This document shows positions 28,268-41,109 of a stretch of DNA of 64,000 bases, piece by piece; the stretch's first letter is position 1; every line of letters starts with the position of its first letter. The translations under genes were made by a program, and so were the position numbers. The notes below the pieces were generated by a model. That model made no database searches and was not told where the DNA came from. It saw only the letters and a program-made list of their open reading frames with translations. The stretch comes from Camelus dromedarius (Eukaryota), in assembly GCF_036321535.1 (NCBI RefSeq), contig NC_087447.1, positions 42,596,001-42,660,000 of the forward strand. The letters run 5' to 3'.

Positions 28268-28322
28268 TCTTTTTTTTAAAACATTGAAGTATAGCTGATT
28301 TACAATATTGTGTTAGTTTCAG
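28268..28322 (-). mobile_element. Very short L1 3' tail fragment
   Basis: T-tract + attgaagtatagctgatttacaatattgtgttagtttcagg. Degenerate TSD ggaccaaaaacgttttc / ggaacaaaaagttttc. Confidence 0.7.
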
Positions 28323-31300
28323 GAACAAAAAGTTTTCATTTTTGCTTAAGAAATTTTCAGCTGGGTTCCCTGTCACTTATAATAAGAACAACATGATAAA
28401 ATCCTAACTGAAACAGCATCAACTTGTCTAGTATAATTTTCAAAGACAGATCATCTATAACAGCCAAGACAGGATGTAAAGTACTTTAGAACAGAGCCAC
28501 CTGACATGGTAAATTCAGAATCCAGAGGCACCAGGGAGAGGAAAAGAGGGGGCTAGCTCTTGCTCCAGGAGGCTTTGGTTCCAGGGAAAGATGCTCATGT
28601 CTGGAGTTCTGTAGGGAGGCTTGGAGAAAGCATGGGGCAGGCCCCATTCTGAGGCTCGGCACCCATAGGTTCTCCTGAGACTGTTCCAGGTAATGATGGT
28701 AGCTACCTTCTGCTGAGCCCTTTCTACGTGCCACAATGTGCTATGTGTATTATTATTTCATTTAATCCTTGAAGCAGCCTGAGAGGTAGATATAATACTA
28801 GCATCATTTTCTAGATGAGCTGAAACTAGAGTGGTGAAGTAACTTACTTGTCACATAGCTAGTAAGGAGCAGAGCAGGGATTCATACCTAACATATTTGA
28901 CTCCAAAACCTGTGCTTTTAACACCTGTACTATACTTCTTCAAAGATAGGTGAATGGGGCAGGAGAGGTTGGCTATGTGGAGAATTAATAATTATCTTTT
29001 CTTTTGGTACAGCCTTCCAGAGTTTACAAAGCCCAATTTCATCTGCAGTCTCACTACGTCCATTTTACAGATGTGGAAACTGAGGCTTAGAGGTAGGAAG
29101 TGATTTGCTCAGTCATTTGGGCAAACTGGATAAACTTCCCAGAGCTCTGTGGTCTGCAGAAACTCATAGAGTGTGTGCAGGGGGTGGGGTTGGCCTCACC
29201 ATATTGACACAGGCTTAAAAGCAGTGATGGGATCAGTCTGGCTGAGGAAGATCTCTGAGAGATGAGGGAACCAATCCATGTTGTGGCCACAGATCCAACT
29301 GCAGAACACAAATCCCACTATAATAAAGAGCTCTGCATTCACAAAAAGATTCCCAGCTCCAGCCAAAGCCCCATTTATTTTTCAGTAACACTTGATATGG
29401 ACAAATTCCAGTTCAGCCAGAGACATTTAACTTCTGGTGTTCTGAGTGGGGGTGGGGGAATCTAGCTATGAAAGGAGCCCCTTTCTTCTGTCTGGCCATC
29501 CTCAGTAAAAAGGCTGCCAGAGGATGGGGAGTCCGAATCTGCCTGCTTGGCTTCCTCTCAGGGGGAAAGTAGCTGTCCTGGCCATAGCCCCAGGGGCCCT
29601 CACTGTTGGACCTGTCCTGATGCTTTGCTGAGCTTAGAGGCACTTGTTCTAGAGAGAAAAGGCAAAGCTCTCTTTCACTGTTCCCTGGGCAACTCTCACC
29701 TGGAGGAGCGATCAGGCAGGGATCCAGGTAACAGGACAGAAGGGGCCAGAGCTGCCACTGCTGGAAGTGTGCTAGGGGACTGGAAGGTGAGCTGCAATCC
29801 CATCCCCCGTCCTGGCCCCTCCAGGAGACCCTGCCTTCAGTGTGTTTTAGGGGAAAGGGAATCCCACCCTGGGTCTTCCTTGAAGCCACGTGAGCAGCCT
29901 TCTGACCTTCTGGATTTGTCTTCCCACAGGAGTATGTGAGCTCTGAATCTAGGGCAAGTGCTGAAGGCAGGAATAGAGGAAAAGAAGCAGGTTCACAAGG
30001 TCAAACCCAGCCCTTCCATATTGGCAAGTCCAGGACAGGTTCTTGGGGCAGACAATCTAGGTTTAAAATCCCAGCTGTACCATTTGCTTTCCTCAGACAA
30101 GACCTAAACTTCTGCTATACTTATATGAGTATTTACTGAGTGACTTTTCTGTTCTAGGGATTCAATGGTAAGCAAAAAACGGACTTAACAGTTAGTGAAA
30201 GAGATAAATATTAGCCAAACAACCAATAACAACCCCACCATTACCATAAAAAAGGGGGAAGAATGTCCAGGAGAGATGCATAGTTTATAATTAGGGAGAA
30301 CTCACCCCCTCTGAGAGGTCAGAGAAGGCTTTCCTAAAAAAAACATAGTGGAACTGAGGTCTGTTTACTGCACAGGGTAGGAGGGGGCATTGCCTACCTT
30401 GGGAACAGAATATTCAAAGGTAGGCCATTTGGCAAGAGGTAGTATGGCTCCTCCAAGGAACTGGAAGAAGGCTCAGGAGGCTGCGTTACAGAGTGGAGAT
30501 GCAGGTGGGGGGCAGACCAGAGAGGAATGTGGGTCTTTATCTTACGAGTAATAGGAAGCCTTTTGTGGTGCTCTAAGCAGGGAGGGGAGATGATCATACT
30601 CGTAGTTTGAAAAGATTACTCTGGCAGCAGCGAACAATGGATTGGAAGGAAACCAAGGCACATTTAGGAGACTAGTTAGGAGGGCTAAGATATTTGCCTA
30701 TGAAACGGAAATAATGATAATACTATCTCATAAGCTGTTGCCAGGATTCATTGAGAAAGTGCATCTTAAGTATTTATTCCAGTACTTGGCACATAGTAAA
30801 GGCTAAGTAAATGTTGGCATTTTTACTTTTGTTGGTTCTCTTCAGGCAGCAGAGTTTTCTGTGTCATGCCTGCTCCTGTGAGGTGGGGTGGGTTAGGATG
30901 GTGGTGGTTTCTAGAGTGGAAACGTAGTTTGTATGTCACAAAGTCAAGGCCAGCACCCAGGATGCCTGAAGGCCCTATTAGAATGGCTTAGGGGTATGAA
31001 AGATTCACGAAGAAAACCAAGTTCCAACTGCTCTCGGAAGCATGCTGAAGAGACGGGTGAAAGACCCTCCTGACCGTAAGCCTGACTATTGGCTGAGGAA
31101 AACTTTTCTGCCAAGTGTCCCGGGGAGCAGGTGTAGGGCTCGCACTCACGTGCAGTCGCGCGGGGGCGGGACCCTTGCCGTTCCTCAGCCCCAGGTTGAC
31201 CCGCAGGCATCCGCCAGGCCCTGTTTCCCCGGTCGGATGCGCGGGTACCGGGAGGAGGGAGGGTCCCGGAAGGCCGACTCGGACCGGCCCGCAGGGGCTG

Positions 31301-31805
31301 CCCCCTCCCCAGTCACGTGGCCTGGTGGGTGGGGACCGATCTGAAGTTGGAGAAATCCGGAGGGATCCCAACTTTGGAGTGCGCCGCCCGTCCTCCCGGG
31401 CCCGGGCGTTGGGCGCTGGGGTTCCAGGAGGCGTGCGGAGGTGGGAATTGGTGAAGACGAACAGCAGCACGGACGCCGGGACTCCGGGCATGGCCCAGCT
31501 GTCGGTGGTCCCGGGGTCGGCCACGGGGTCAACAGGTGAGTGGGGATCAAGAGGCCACGGCGGCTGGCGTGGGAGTGGCTGCTCTGGCATTGGGCGCCCC
31601 CCACACTTCATCTCGTCCAGGGGACGCGGGACACCCACAACGGGAAGGGCTGGTAGGGTAAAGCGGCCGCGGTGGACCCTTGGCTCTCTGAGTCAGTCCC
31701 ACTGCCGCCACCCTTGCTTGCCCGCTGTGCCCAGGCAGCGGCGCGGCGACGAGATGGGCAGCGGATGGGGAGAAGCCGCGCGAGGGTTGGGGGGCGCTGT
31801 GCAGG

Positions 31806-31862
31806 CCCCGCCCTCCGCGCACGCACTGGCTGCTCCCCGTGACGTCACGCTCGGCTATAAAA
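31806..31862 (+). promoter_or_regulatory. NRIP3: NRIP3 core promoter: GC box (31806-31813), full CRE TGACGTCA (31840-31847), TATA box TATAAAA (31856-31862)
   Basis: Direct motif matches about 100 bp upstream of the ATG. The TSS is inferred at about 31885-31890. Confidence 0.85.
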
Positions 31863-31961
31863 GCTGCGGCGCGCGGCCCTCGCGGCGCTGGTGGAGCTCG
31901 AGGCTGAGGGCGGTGGGGGAGCGAGGAGCCACGGGGACGCTGGGCCGCGGGCGCCTCAGCG

Positions 31962-32135
31962 ATGTTTTACTCAGGGCTCCTCACCGAGGGTGGCCGCAAG
32001 GAGACGGACATGAGGGAGGCGGCGTCTCTGCGGCAGCAGCGCCGAATGAAGCAGGCGGTGCAGTTCATTCACAAGGACTCTGCCGACCTGCTACCCTTGG
32101 ACGGTCTCAAGAAGCTGGGCTCGTCCAAGGACACG
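31962..32135 (+). CDS. NRIP3: NRIP3 coding exon 1, 174 nt
   Basis: Translates MFYSGLLTEGGRKETDMREAASLRQQRRMKQAVQFIHKDSADLLPLDGLKKLGSSKDT, donor |gtgagc. Recognisable NRIP3 N-terminus. Confidence 0.96.
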
Positions 32136-35100
32136 GTGAGCCCCCGCCGCCGCGCCCGTCTCAGGGTCCCCGCGCAGGGCGGCCCGTCACCTTCGCGCCG
32201 TGAGTTCTCCCGGGGCCCGCCCATGGCCGCTTTCACTGAGTCACCGGCCCGGCCCCCGCCGGCGGCCGGCCGCTATCCGCTGTCTCGCTGTTGCTGTTTC
32301 GGATCCCCCTGCATCCAGCATCCCTCTGCTTCAGTTTCTCTCGAGATTCCGTCGTAGCTTTTCCAGCTCGCGCTCCCTTCAGCTCAGTCCCCTCCCTTCA
32401 TGTCTCTCCTCTGTAGTAGAAGAGACCCCTGCCGTCTTGCCCGCAGGTCCCCTTCCCTTCCCGTTATTCGCAATACCGAATTTGATTGCGTGGGGCTTGA
32501 GCCTCGCAGCCAGGATAGCTCCCCCTGCCTCCCAAGCTGCTTGGCGGGTCCCGTGACCCAGACAGAGGTGACTCCTAATGGGTGTGAGAAGGAGAGAACG
32601 AAGTGGGCAGAGGGCTTTCTCGGCAGTCACTGTATCCAAATCCAGATGACTTGTATTGAATCCATTTCCCCTCTATGCAAAATCTACTTCTCCGTTTGAT
32701 TTTGGTCTTATCTACCTTTGACCTTCCAACGGGAGTGGGGAGAGAGAAAAAGGTTTCCTGAGCCCCAAACCTTTTGTCATCATTCCCCTTTCCTCCTATT
32801 CTACCCCCCAAAGAATGGACAGAGGGAGGAAGCCAGGCTGTTCCATTACCCAGACCAGGTAATGGAGCTGGGGCTGGCGCAGTCTTTTTTCCAGCAGGAT
32901 TGTTCTTGGCATGAAGAAGGAGAAACTCCAGGACTGGAGGTCTGAGTTCAAAGACCATACTATCCTCTGTCTATAGGAGGACTCCTATAGGGGCCTAAGG
33001 ATTAGTAGTTTAAAGAACTGTATCTGACTCTTATCCTTAAGTCACTGTACTGGTGCTGGACTAGATTGATGTTTAGCTTTGTAGTTTTGTCTGGAATTTT
33101 CTTGTAGTTTAACTAGTTTTCTTGAATTTCGCAATCACTTTATTCATCTAGGCAATCATTTATGAAGCATGAATTATGTGTCTCTTACATGAAGTAGATG
33201 CTCTGTATAATTTTTCCAATAGTTTCTGAGCTTTTGGAATGTTTAATTTGTCAGGGAAGAGGGGTGTCAGCCTAGATCCCTGAAATTGTGATTTCCAACC
33301 ACAGGATGACTATGGAGGGCAGAGCGTCTGAATCCTCTTTTCTTTTTTTTTTTTTATAAAAACAATTATAATGACACACAGATACCAAGATCAGATTTGC
33401 CCTCCCCTTTTGTGATACAGAATTGTTTTTAGTTATTTATGTGCAAAGGATGTCTATTCAGTTATCCTGCTCTGTTTTTAAAAAGGTATTTTACCTTCAC
33501 AAGCCACAGGGTAGTTAATCTGATTCATGTCAACTCAGAGTGGCGAGTGACTGAAATGTATTCCTAGAAAAGAGGTAACTGTCTTTCTTCCCTCCTTTCA
33601 CTTTACAACAGTCTAGATTCATTTAGCAAATTGGGTCCAAGTCTTCTTACCTTCAGGCCAAAATAATCCTGGTTCCTGGAAGCCTCAGGAAGCAATAAAG
33701 AGGAATGGACAAAGAAGTAAAATGTGGACTATTTTTCTTCCTTTCATGCCAGATTTAAGATGATTGACATTTGGTTATCATAGGACGTCGAGGAGTTTCC
33801 TAGCCCTGCAGAACTGCCTCTACGATCTTCTGCCTGGCATTCTTTACGCTGCTTCATCCTGCGTAGGAAGAATTCCATCTGCTTTTCTGACTCCAGTCTG
33901 TCTCAGTTGAGCCACACAGGAACTGATAGTGTAGAACATAGGCAATAGGCTGGAAGGAAGACGTGTCCTCAAGACTCAGGTTATTGCCATGGATGTGACA
34001 CACAGCAGTTTACTGTGAGACCCTGAACTGCGGTTCACACCTTCACCCCCTACTGCCATGGAGTTGATGTCCCTCTCTCACTGTTCTCACACCTCTGATG
34101 TGCAGGTGATTGCACAGAAGAACTGGAACGGGTCACAGATGCCAAGGCAGACTGAGATAGGGGTGGGAGAGCTGTGAGTGCTGGGTTGAGGCAGCATGCT
34201 TAAGCTCTCTGGGAACATATGCTGCTGCCTCAGGACCATCTTAGAAATACCCTTAGAAGTACTATATCAGTTCACTTTATGGGTACATCAGGTAGTATAG
34301 ACCAGTGTTGACTCAGTGTTCTCTCTCCAAAGTGAAATTTTGAGGATACCAAAATTGATTGTGTGGGTCTATAGTACAAACTCAATAGAATAGAGACCAG
34401 AAAAGGGAAGGGATGGCCCCAGAGGGAGATGGGGGGAAATAATAAATTAGTTTTCATTGATTCTGGGGTTTATGCCAGTGAGAAGATTGTGGATTATTTT
34501 CCTTATACTGGTGACCTGTATTAGAATTATAGTGCTGAGTTTTCTGAATTATCTACCTTTTACCATTCTGTTTCTGTAATGTTTACTATTTGAATCCAGC
34601 CTGCCAACTTTTTTTGGATTGCCAAAGAGCATCCGTAAGCAGTCAAACGTGGGTTTGTTCTCTTGGCTTCAGGGAAGTGCCTTTGTCCTATTCCTGTTTG
34701 TGTGTAGTTGGCTGCTACAAAGTCTGCTGTGGAAATTAATCTTGTTCTTATGTCTGGCTCTCTTATTTTGCTTGTCCTTTCATCTTGTGCTGTTTTTTCC
34801 TGTGTTAGATTAAGAACCAAAATCAGAGATATGAGTGAGTAACTTTTTATTTATTGTTATTTTTCAAGTATTGAAGCTAGAGAAAAAAAACCACTCAGAG
34901 TTTTGCCTATTCTAATTTCTTTTGTTTTAACTACCAGGTTCATAAATGTTCTTCTCATTGAGGTAAGGACTTTTTGATTTTAAAAGCAGTCATGTCATGG
35001 GATAATATCCTATCTTTCCTATATGATAGTATTACTGACCATCAGGCTATACCCTTACTTATCCAGCAATAGAGAGTTTTACTTTCCTATTTATTGATTT

Positions 35101-35554
35101 TTGCTTTTAGCCAAATGCTTTAGCAAAACTCACTAGAATTAGGAGAAGGCTGCGGGAAGAATGGTGGGACATAGCAAAGCCAACTGACCATGAAATGACT
35201 AGCCCTATAATCTGAGCATCTGATCAGACTCTCTGTCAGTGAGTAAAGCCCTGGGTGGTACCCTACAGATTAGTTATTCATAATGCCACAAGACATCCAT
35301 AATGCTATAGATTTTGGACCAGTGAACTTTGGAGTCTTAGAAGAGGAGCATGAAATACCAATAGAACATGAGAATCTGGTACAAGCTGAAGATTTCCAGA
35401 GCCATGATCAAATCCTAATTATAGCAAATACTGTTTGAATATTTGCTGTGTTCAGGGCACAGTGCTAGGTTCTAGGACCACAAAGAAGAAGACTGAAAAG
35501 TTTCCTTGTACAAGGAGTTTATAGGTTAGAGGGGAGGATAGGACAGATTAGTTT

Positions 35555-36560
35555 ATTCCCCACGTATTTATTGAACAATTATTACATGTCAGGCATAATC
35601 TAGGTATTGAAGATAACAATAATGAACAAAAATGGAGTAACTGCTCTCATGGAACTTGCATTCATGTGGGAGGAGAAGACAGCAAATAAATCAAGTAAAT
35701 ATATAATATATCAGGTTGTAATCAGTGCTATGGGGAAAATAAACCAGGGTAAGGGAATGGGGAGTGTGATGGCCAGGGTAGAGTGGATTAGAGCCTTGCT
35801 ATTTCATATAGCGTTGTCAGGGAAGGCCTCTCTGATAAGATTACATTTTAGATGAGAGAGCGCAATATCTTGGGGAAAAATGTACTAGGCAGAAGGTTCT
35901 AACAGCAAGTGCAAAGGCCTGAATTGTCAATGTGCTTGATGTGACTGAAGAACTGTAAGAAGGCCATTGTGGCCAGAGCAAAGTGAGCAGCAGGGTGGTG
36001 ATGGGAGATAACCTCAGAGAGAGATAGTGGGAGGCCAGACTACTAAGGGCCTTATAGGTCATTGTACAGATATTTGGCTTTTAATCTGATATGGGAAACT
36101 AGAGAAAACTTTATGCTGAGGGGTGAAATGACATGGCTTATTTTATAAAGCAGACTACTGTGTGGATTAGGCTATAGAGGGCAAGAGTAGAAGCAGGGAG
36201 ACTGATCAGCAAGCTGTCATACGCTAATCCAGGTGACAGATGATGGTGGCTCAGAGCAGTGTGCTAGCAGTGAAGGGGGCAAGAAAAGATCAGACGCTGG
36301 GTTGTTTTGAAGACAGAGCTGACAAATTTAGTTGATAGATTGGATTAAGGGTCTGAAAGAAAGAGTAGTTAAGAATGTCCTCAAGGTTTTTTGACCTAGC
36401 AATTGGAAGAATAAAGTTGTCATTTGCTAAAATGGGTAAGAGTACAGAAAGAGCAGGTTAGGGATAGGGACTAAGAATCAGGAATTTGACTCTTGAACAA
36501 GTTAAGTTTGGGAAGTCTGTTAGTTATTCAGGTGTAGATGTTGACTGGATAGTTCCATGA
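35555..36560 (-). mobile_element. LINE-2 fragment (similar antisense L2 pieces at about 1-360, 1550-1940, 15420-15960, 30130-30690, 38570-39270)
   Basis: tatttattgaacaattattacatgtcaggcat..., ctctcatggaacttgcattc, gtcagggaaggcctctctga. Confidence 0.75.
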
Positions 36561-37507
36561 GAAGATAAATAATACCACCGGGAAGTCTGTGCTAGTTACC
36601 AAGATGTTAGTCAATAAGCTCTAGAGGAGTTCAGTGGAAGATGTAGTTACCCTGGCCTATTGTGACAATAGTGATGGAGACCAACATCTAATTACAGTTG
36701 CATCACTCCCTGGTGAATCAGCTGACTATGAGATGATATAGGGAGGAGACTGCTTCCAGAGTATGCCTTTATGGAACCTCAGAGGAGGAAGAACTTTACA
36801 GGTTATCTGGTCCAGTTCCCTGCCCATGTGTGAATCCTTTCTAACAAAAATGCAGCCTGCCATGGGCAGTTGAGAAACCACCATCTCAGACTAGCAGGTA
36901 GCAGTCAGGAATAAGGCTGCTCTCTTTGAAATAACATGTCTGTTGGGTCACAGGGCAAAGGCAAAGAGACAGAACACTGAAGGCCTGGGGCAGTGTGACA
37001 GGCTGCCTTAGGTAGAGTCCCATGTGATTTTAAGCAGCTGTAAACTCAAGGACAGTCTGTCTGTGTTCTTATGGTACAGAATGGGTCGTGTGTTGTATAC
37101 TCAGCTAGTAAACAAAGAAGAGACAGCACGGATACTAGTGCCCTTTTAGATTTCCAAGGCTAGACAGAGACATGTGTGTTGGGCTTGAAGTGAGAGTCAG
37201 GAGTCCATGTCTATCTACAAACTGTACATGAGGACGAAAATGGAGCAAGATGATTTCATGCCCTTTAAGAAAAAAGGTGACTGGTAATCAGCTTCAGTTT
37301 TAAGCTGTGTGTGAGAATTTAAAATACGTATGTACACATACATATACTTATTTAACATTTGAGTGCTTACTCTACAACTGACACAGTGTTAAGTGCTTCA
37401 TATGAGCCATCTCACTTCATCCTCACAAAAGCCCTGCAAGGTACTTCTTAACTTGAACTCAGCTCTGTCTGACTCCAGGTATATATTTTTTAAAGAGTAC
37501 TCTACAC

Positions 37508-37707
37508 GAAGGATTGGCAAATGTTTTCTGTAAAGTACCCGATAGTAAATGTTTTTGGCTTTGCAGGCCAATCTCTGTCTGAACTACTCAGCTCTGCTGT
37601 TGTAATGCAGAGCATTACATAGATAGTAACTGAATGGGGTTGATTGTGTTCCAAATAAGCAGGCAGCAGGCTGGGTTTGGCTTATGGGCTATATTTGCTG
37701 ACCCCTA
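37508..37707. mobile_element. hAT-Charlie MITE, MER58A-like
   Basis: Termini gattggcaaatgttttctgtaaag...atttgctgacccct (degenerate terminal inverted repeats); internal actactcagctctgctgttgta. Confidence 0.75.
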
Positions 37708-39273
37708 TTTCTAAGTGGTTCTAGTTGTGGTTCTGTTGCTAGCTAGAAACCTTGCGTTTCTCCTCTGAGAATAAATGCTACAAAGAAGGCAGACTTCTGT
37801 CATTTCTTCTGTTTTCTAGTCTGGTCCATTCTGTGCACCACAGAAATCCATTATCTTGCTTCTGTCTGGATTCAGTGCAGTATAGGTAAAGGTATTGAGA
37901 AGGTGGCCTTAAAATTTCTTGCTCAAATCATGATTCTGTGATATCCTGTAGTATACCCTGTTTCCTCTCACCTTACTTTTCTTCCCACTCTACAGCCTAG
38001 CTAGAAGAGATATTTAATCAGACTGGGTGCCAGATTGAGGAATCTCAGCTATTTCTACCCAGAATACAGTCCCCACAGTGCCCATTTCCTTCAGAAGCTC
38101 CTGATGGTGATAAAGCCAGTACATTTGAGCTTGCCAGCTGTGGATTTAAATATCTAAACCGTGGGTAGGGTTTAGCAGCCACATTGCAAGAATGCTAAAG
38201 AGCCAGGGGCTGCTTAGATTAGTAGTTGCCTTGTTGAGCCAAAGCATAAAGCATAATCCACGTCAGGAAGATAACTTGGTAACTGTGTTCAAAAGGCCAC
38301 CAGAGTACCTGCAGCACCTGTCCAGCTAAGTTCTGCTGTGGATCTTGAGTGACATCTGGAAAGTAGAAGATAGATCTTGGAAAGCCTGTTATTTCCTTCA
38401 ATAAGCATAAAAATAAACCACTTGGACAAATTTACAAAGCAACAATCAAGGAGTAGAAATGAAGTAATACAAACTATGTAATGTATGAGTACTGAAGGGA
38501 TTCTGAAAGAAAGAACTAGATGATGTTAATCAGGAAAGACTTTTTGAAGAGGTAAAGGTAGAGATTTGTTCATTCAGTAGTATGTCAAGAGCTGGGGATA
38601 CAGCTGTGATTAAGACAGTCAAGATCTTTGCCCTTGTGAAATTAACACTACTAGGGGGAGTGAAATAAGAACTAAATGAACAAAATAATTCCGGATTTAT
38701 AATTACTATAAAATAAATAATGGGATATGTTAGTAACTAAAGAGGTAGAGTACCTATTTTAAATAGTATGGTCAGGGAAGATGTTTCTGAGGAAGTGACA
38801 TTTGAGCTGAGACCTGAAAGATGAGAGCAAGCTAACTATTTGAAGTATTAGGGGAGAACATTTCAGGCAGAGGGAATGGTAGGTCAGAGGCATTAGAATG
38901 GGGAAGAATTTTTGAGCAAGGAGGTGTGGATGAATAAAGGGGAGAGTAGTGTGTTTATGGTATGTATACGGAGGTTGGAGAGATGGACAGGAACCAGATG
39001 ATGAAGAGCCCTATGGACCATGCATGGTAGGAAGTTTGAATTTTGTCTGAAGGACAAGGGGAAGCCATTGAAGGGCTTTGAGTAAGGGGATGTATTATTT
39101 CATTTATATTATTAAAAGCTCACTCTGATTGCTGTGTAGACAATGAATTGGAGAAGAGTGAAGGAAGAGGCAGAAGACAAATTAGGAGGTGCTGTAATAC
39201 AGATAAGAGTTGATGGTGACTTGTATTAGATTGCAGGTGCTAAAGATGGAGAGAAGTAGATCGAATTTATTGA

Positions 39274-39535
39274 ATACTGTACAGAAAGTGAATGGTTGTA
39301 TGGGTACAGAATGATTGTAGATGTATCAGTTGTTTACCCTCGTGATCATGCGGCTAACTGGGAGCTGCAGCTAGCTGCCACTGCCCAGCATCATGAGAGA
39401 GTAGTGTGCTGCATATCACTAGCCCAGGAAAAGATTAAAATTCAAAGCACAGTTTCTGCTGAATGTGTATTACTTTCACATCATCATAAAGTCAAAAAAA
39501 TCTTAAGTTGAACCATTGTAAGTTGGGGACTATCT
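39274..39535. mobile_element. Tc1/mariner-Tigger relic, MER82-like
   Basis: ccctcgtgatcatgcggctaactgggagctg...aagttgaaccattgtaagttggggactatct. Confidence 0.7.
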
Positions 39536-40649
39536 TTAGTTGGGATGGAAGGTTAGGAAAAGAATCAAGAGTGGTGGGTGTGTAATGGTGCTGTCTTACC
39601 AAGTTGGTGGAAAGGGAGTAATCCAGAATGTTAAAATGGAACAGGACTTTGGAGCTCAAATCGCTCTTATTACTGATGAAGAAAGTGAGACTGAGTGAAT
39701 GCTTAGAGAGATTAGTGATTTCCCCAAGGTAGTATGTCTCAGGTGGCCATTTTCTACAGTAGAAATCCTTCATGTAGGAATAAAGATAAGATTGGGAAGG
39801 AGGATGAGTTAGTGGAAGATCATATATGCTAAATTAAGTACTTTGTGTTTGATACAGCTGGCAAGAGAACCACTGTAGGGGAAGGAGACCATGAACATAG
39901 TGTTTTAGGAGATTATTTGAACTTAGCAGTAATAGCAGAAGTGGAGAGGAAACTATGGGGTGTTAAAAATGCAGAATTTCATTCATCAAAATGGAGAATA
40001 TGGAAGAAAGTACAAGTCTTGTGGGAAAGATCAGAGGGATAAGTTAAGTTTGAAAGTGCCTGTGAGGTCTCTAAGTGGAGAAGTTCAAAGTGATGGTTAG
40101 TTCTATGGGTCTAAAACTCAGAAATGAGGGCAGGGCATAAGATAGAGTCTTCATCATACAGGTAGTAAGTTCCACAATGAATGTAGATAAGATTGCCCTA
40201 AAAGGATTTATAGAGTGAGAAAGGGACTGAAGATAGAGCAATGAGGAACACTAACATTTAGGAAATGAGCAGAGGCAAAGGAACTAATAAATGAGACAGA
40301 TGCAGAATAGACAAAAAAGTGGTTTTAGAAGCCAGTAGAGATGAGTTTCAAGGAAGATAGAACATTGAGTTTATTGAAGCATCGTTTCTAATGGCAAACA
40401 TGTAGAAATAATCTAGATGTCCATTAGTAGTTAAGTAAATTGAAGTATGTTGGTACCACAGACTCGTGTGTCTGTAGAGGATGTGCTGTTTTAAAATGCA
40501 GAAAGTAGGGCAGATGTAAGCAAATAGGTGCAAAAGTGGTCGGTTATAGAGTAACCTGGCATTCCATCTGCCTGTTACATTGTTGGTGTGTGCGTGTGCA
40601 TGAGTGTGCGTGCACACGTGTGTGCACGTGCACACATGTACACACACTT

Positions 40650-41105
40650 TAGTTTTTGCACAACTTGGCAGACACTGTTAGCCATTTTCAGCCTTTTTCT
40701 ATCTGCTTGACTCCTCCATGGAGATTAGGAAAGCTAAATTCACCCAAGCTGCAGCTGGAAGTGGCCATGTGAATTCTGAACAAGAAGATATAGGCAGAAG
40801 ACTGCTCAGGGAACTTGTGGGAGAACTTGTGCTTTCCTGATAAAAAAAGAATAGCTAGCACAGTGTCCCTTCCTCCTTCCTCATTCCTTGAATGTGGATG
40901 TAATACCTGGAGCTGGGACACCCATCATGTGGCTATGGGGGAATATTCAAGAGAATTATAGAAACAGCCCTGAAATTGTTAAGCTGCTAAATTAATGCCA
41001 GCAGCTACCTACATCCAGTCTTCTTCATATGTGAGAAAATAATACACCTTCATCTAAGACACCGTAAGTTGTCTTTTCTTGTGGCTGAATGCTTTCCTAA
41101 TGTAT
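40650..41105 (+). mobile_element. Old ERVL/MaLR-type LTR relic (LTR16-like)
   Basis: cttgaatgtggatgtaatacctggagctgggacacccatcatgtggctatg...ctaaattaatgccagcagctacctacatccag. Confidence 0.5.
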
Positions 41106-41109
41106 GGGG

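Larger units (their letters stand above)
31080..32480 (+). promoter_or_regulatory. NRIP3: NRIP3 CpG island / promoter region
   Basis: Sharp rise in GC and CpG content spanning the NRIP3 start codon. Contains CCAAT, E-box, GC-box, CRE and TATA motifs. Confidence 0.9.

Noticed and set aside
31115..32203. 362-aa ORF overlapping the NRIP3 promoter and exon 1
   Set aside because: Non-ATG start, low-complexity G/R/P/A composition, and out of frame with NRIP3. Long ORFs are expected in stop-poor CpG islands.
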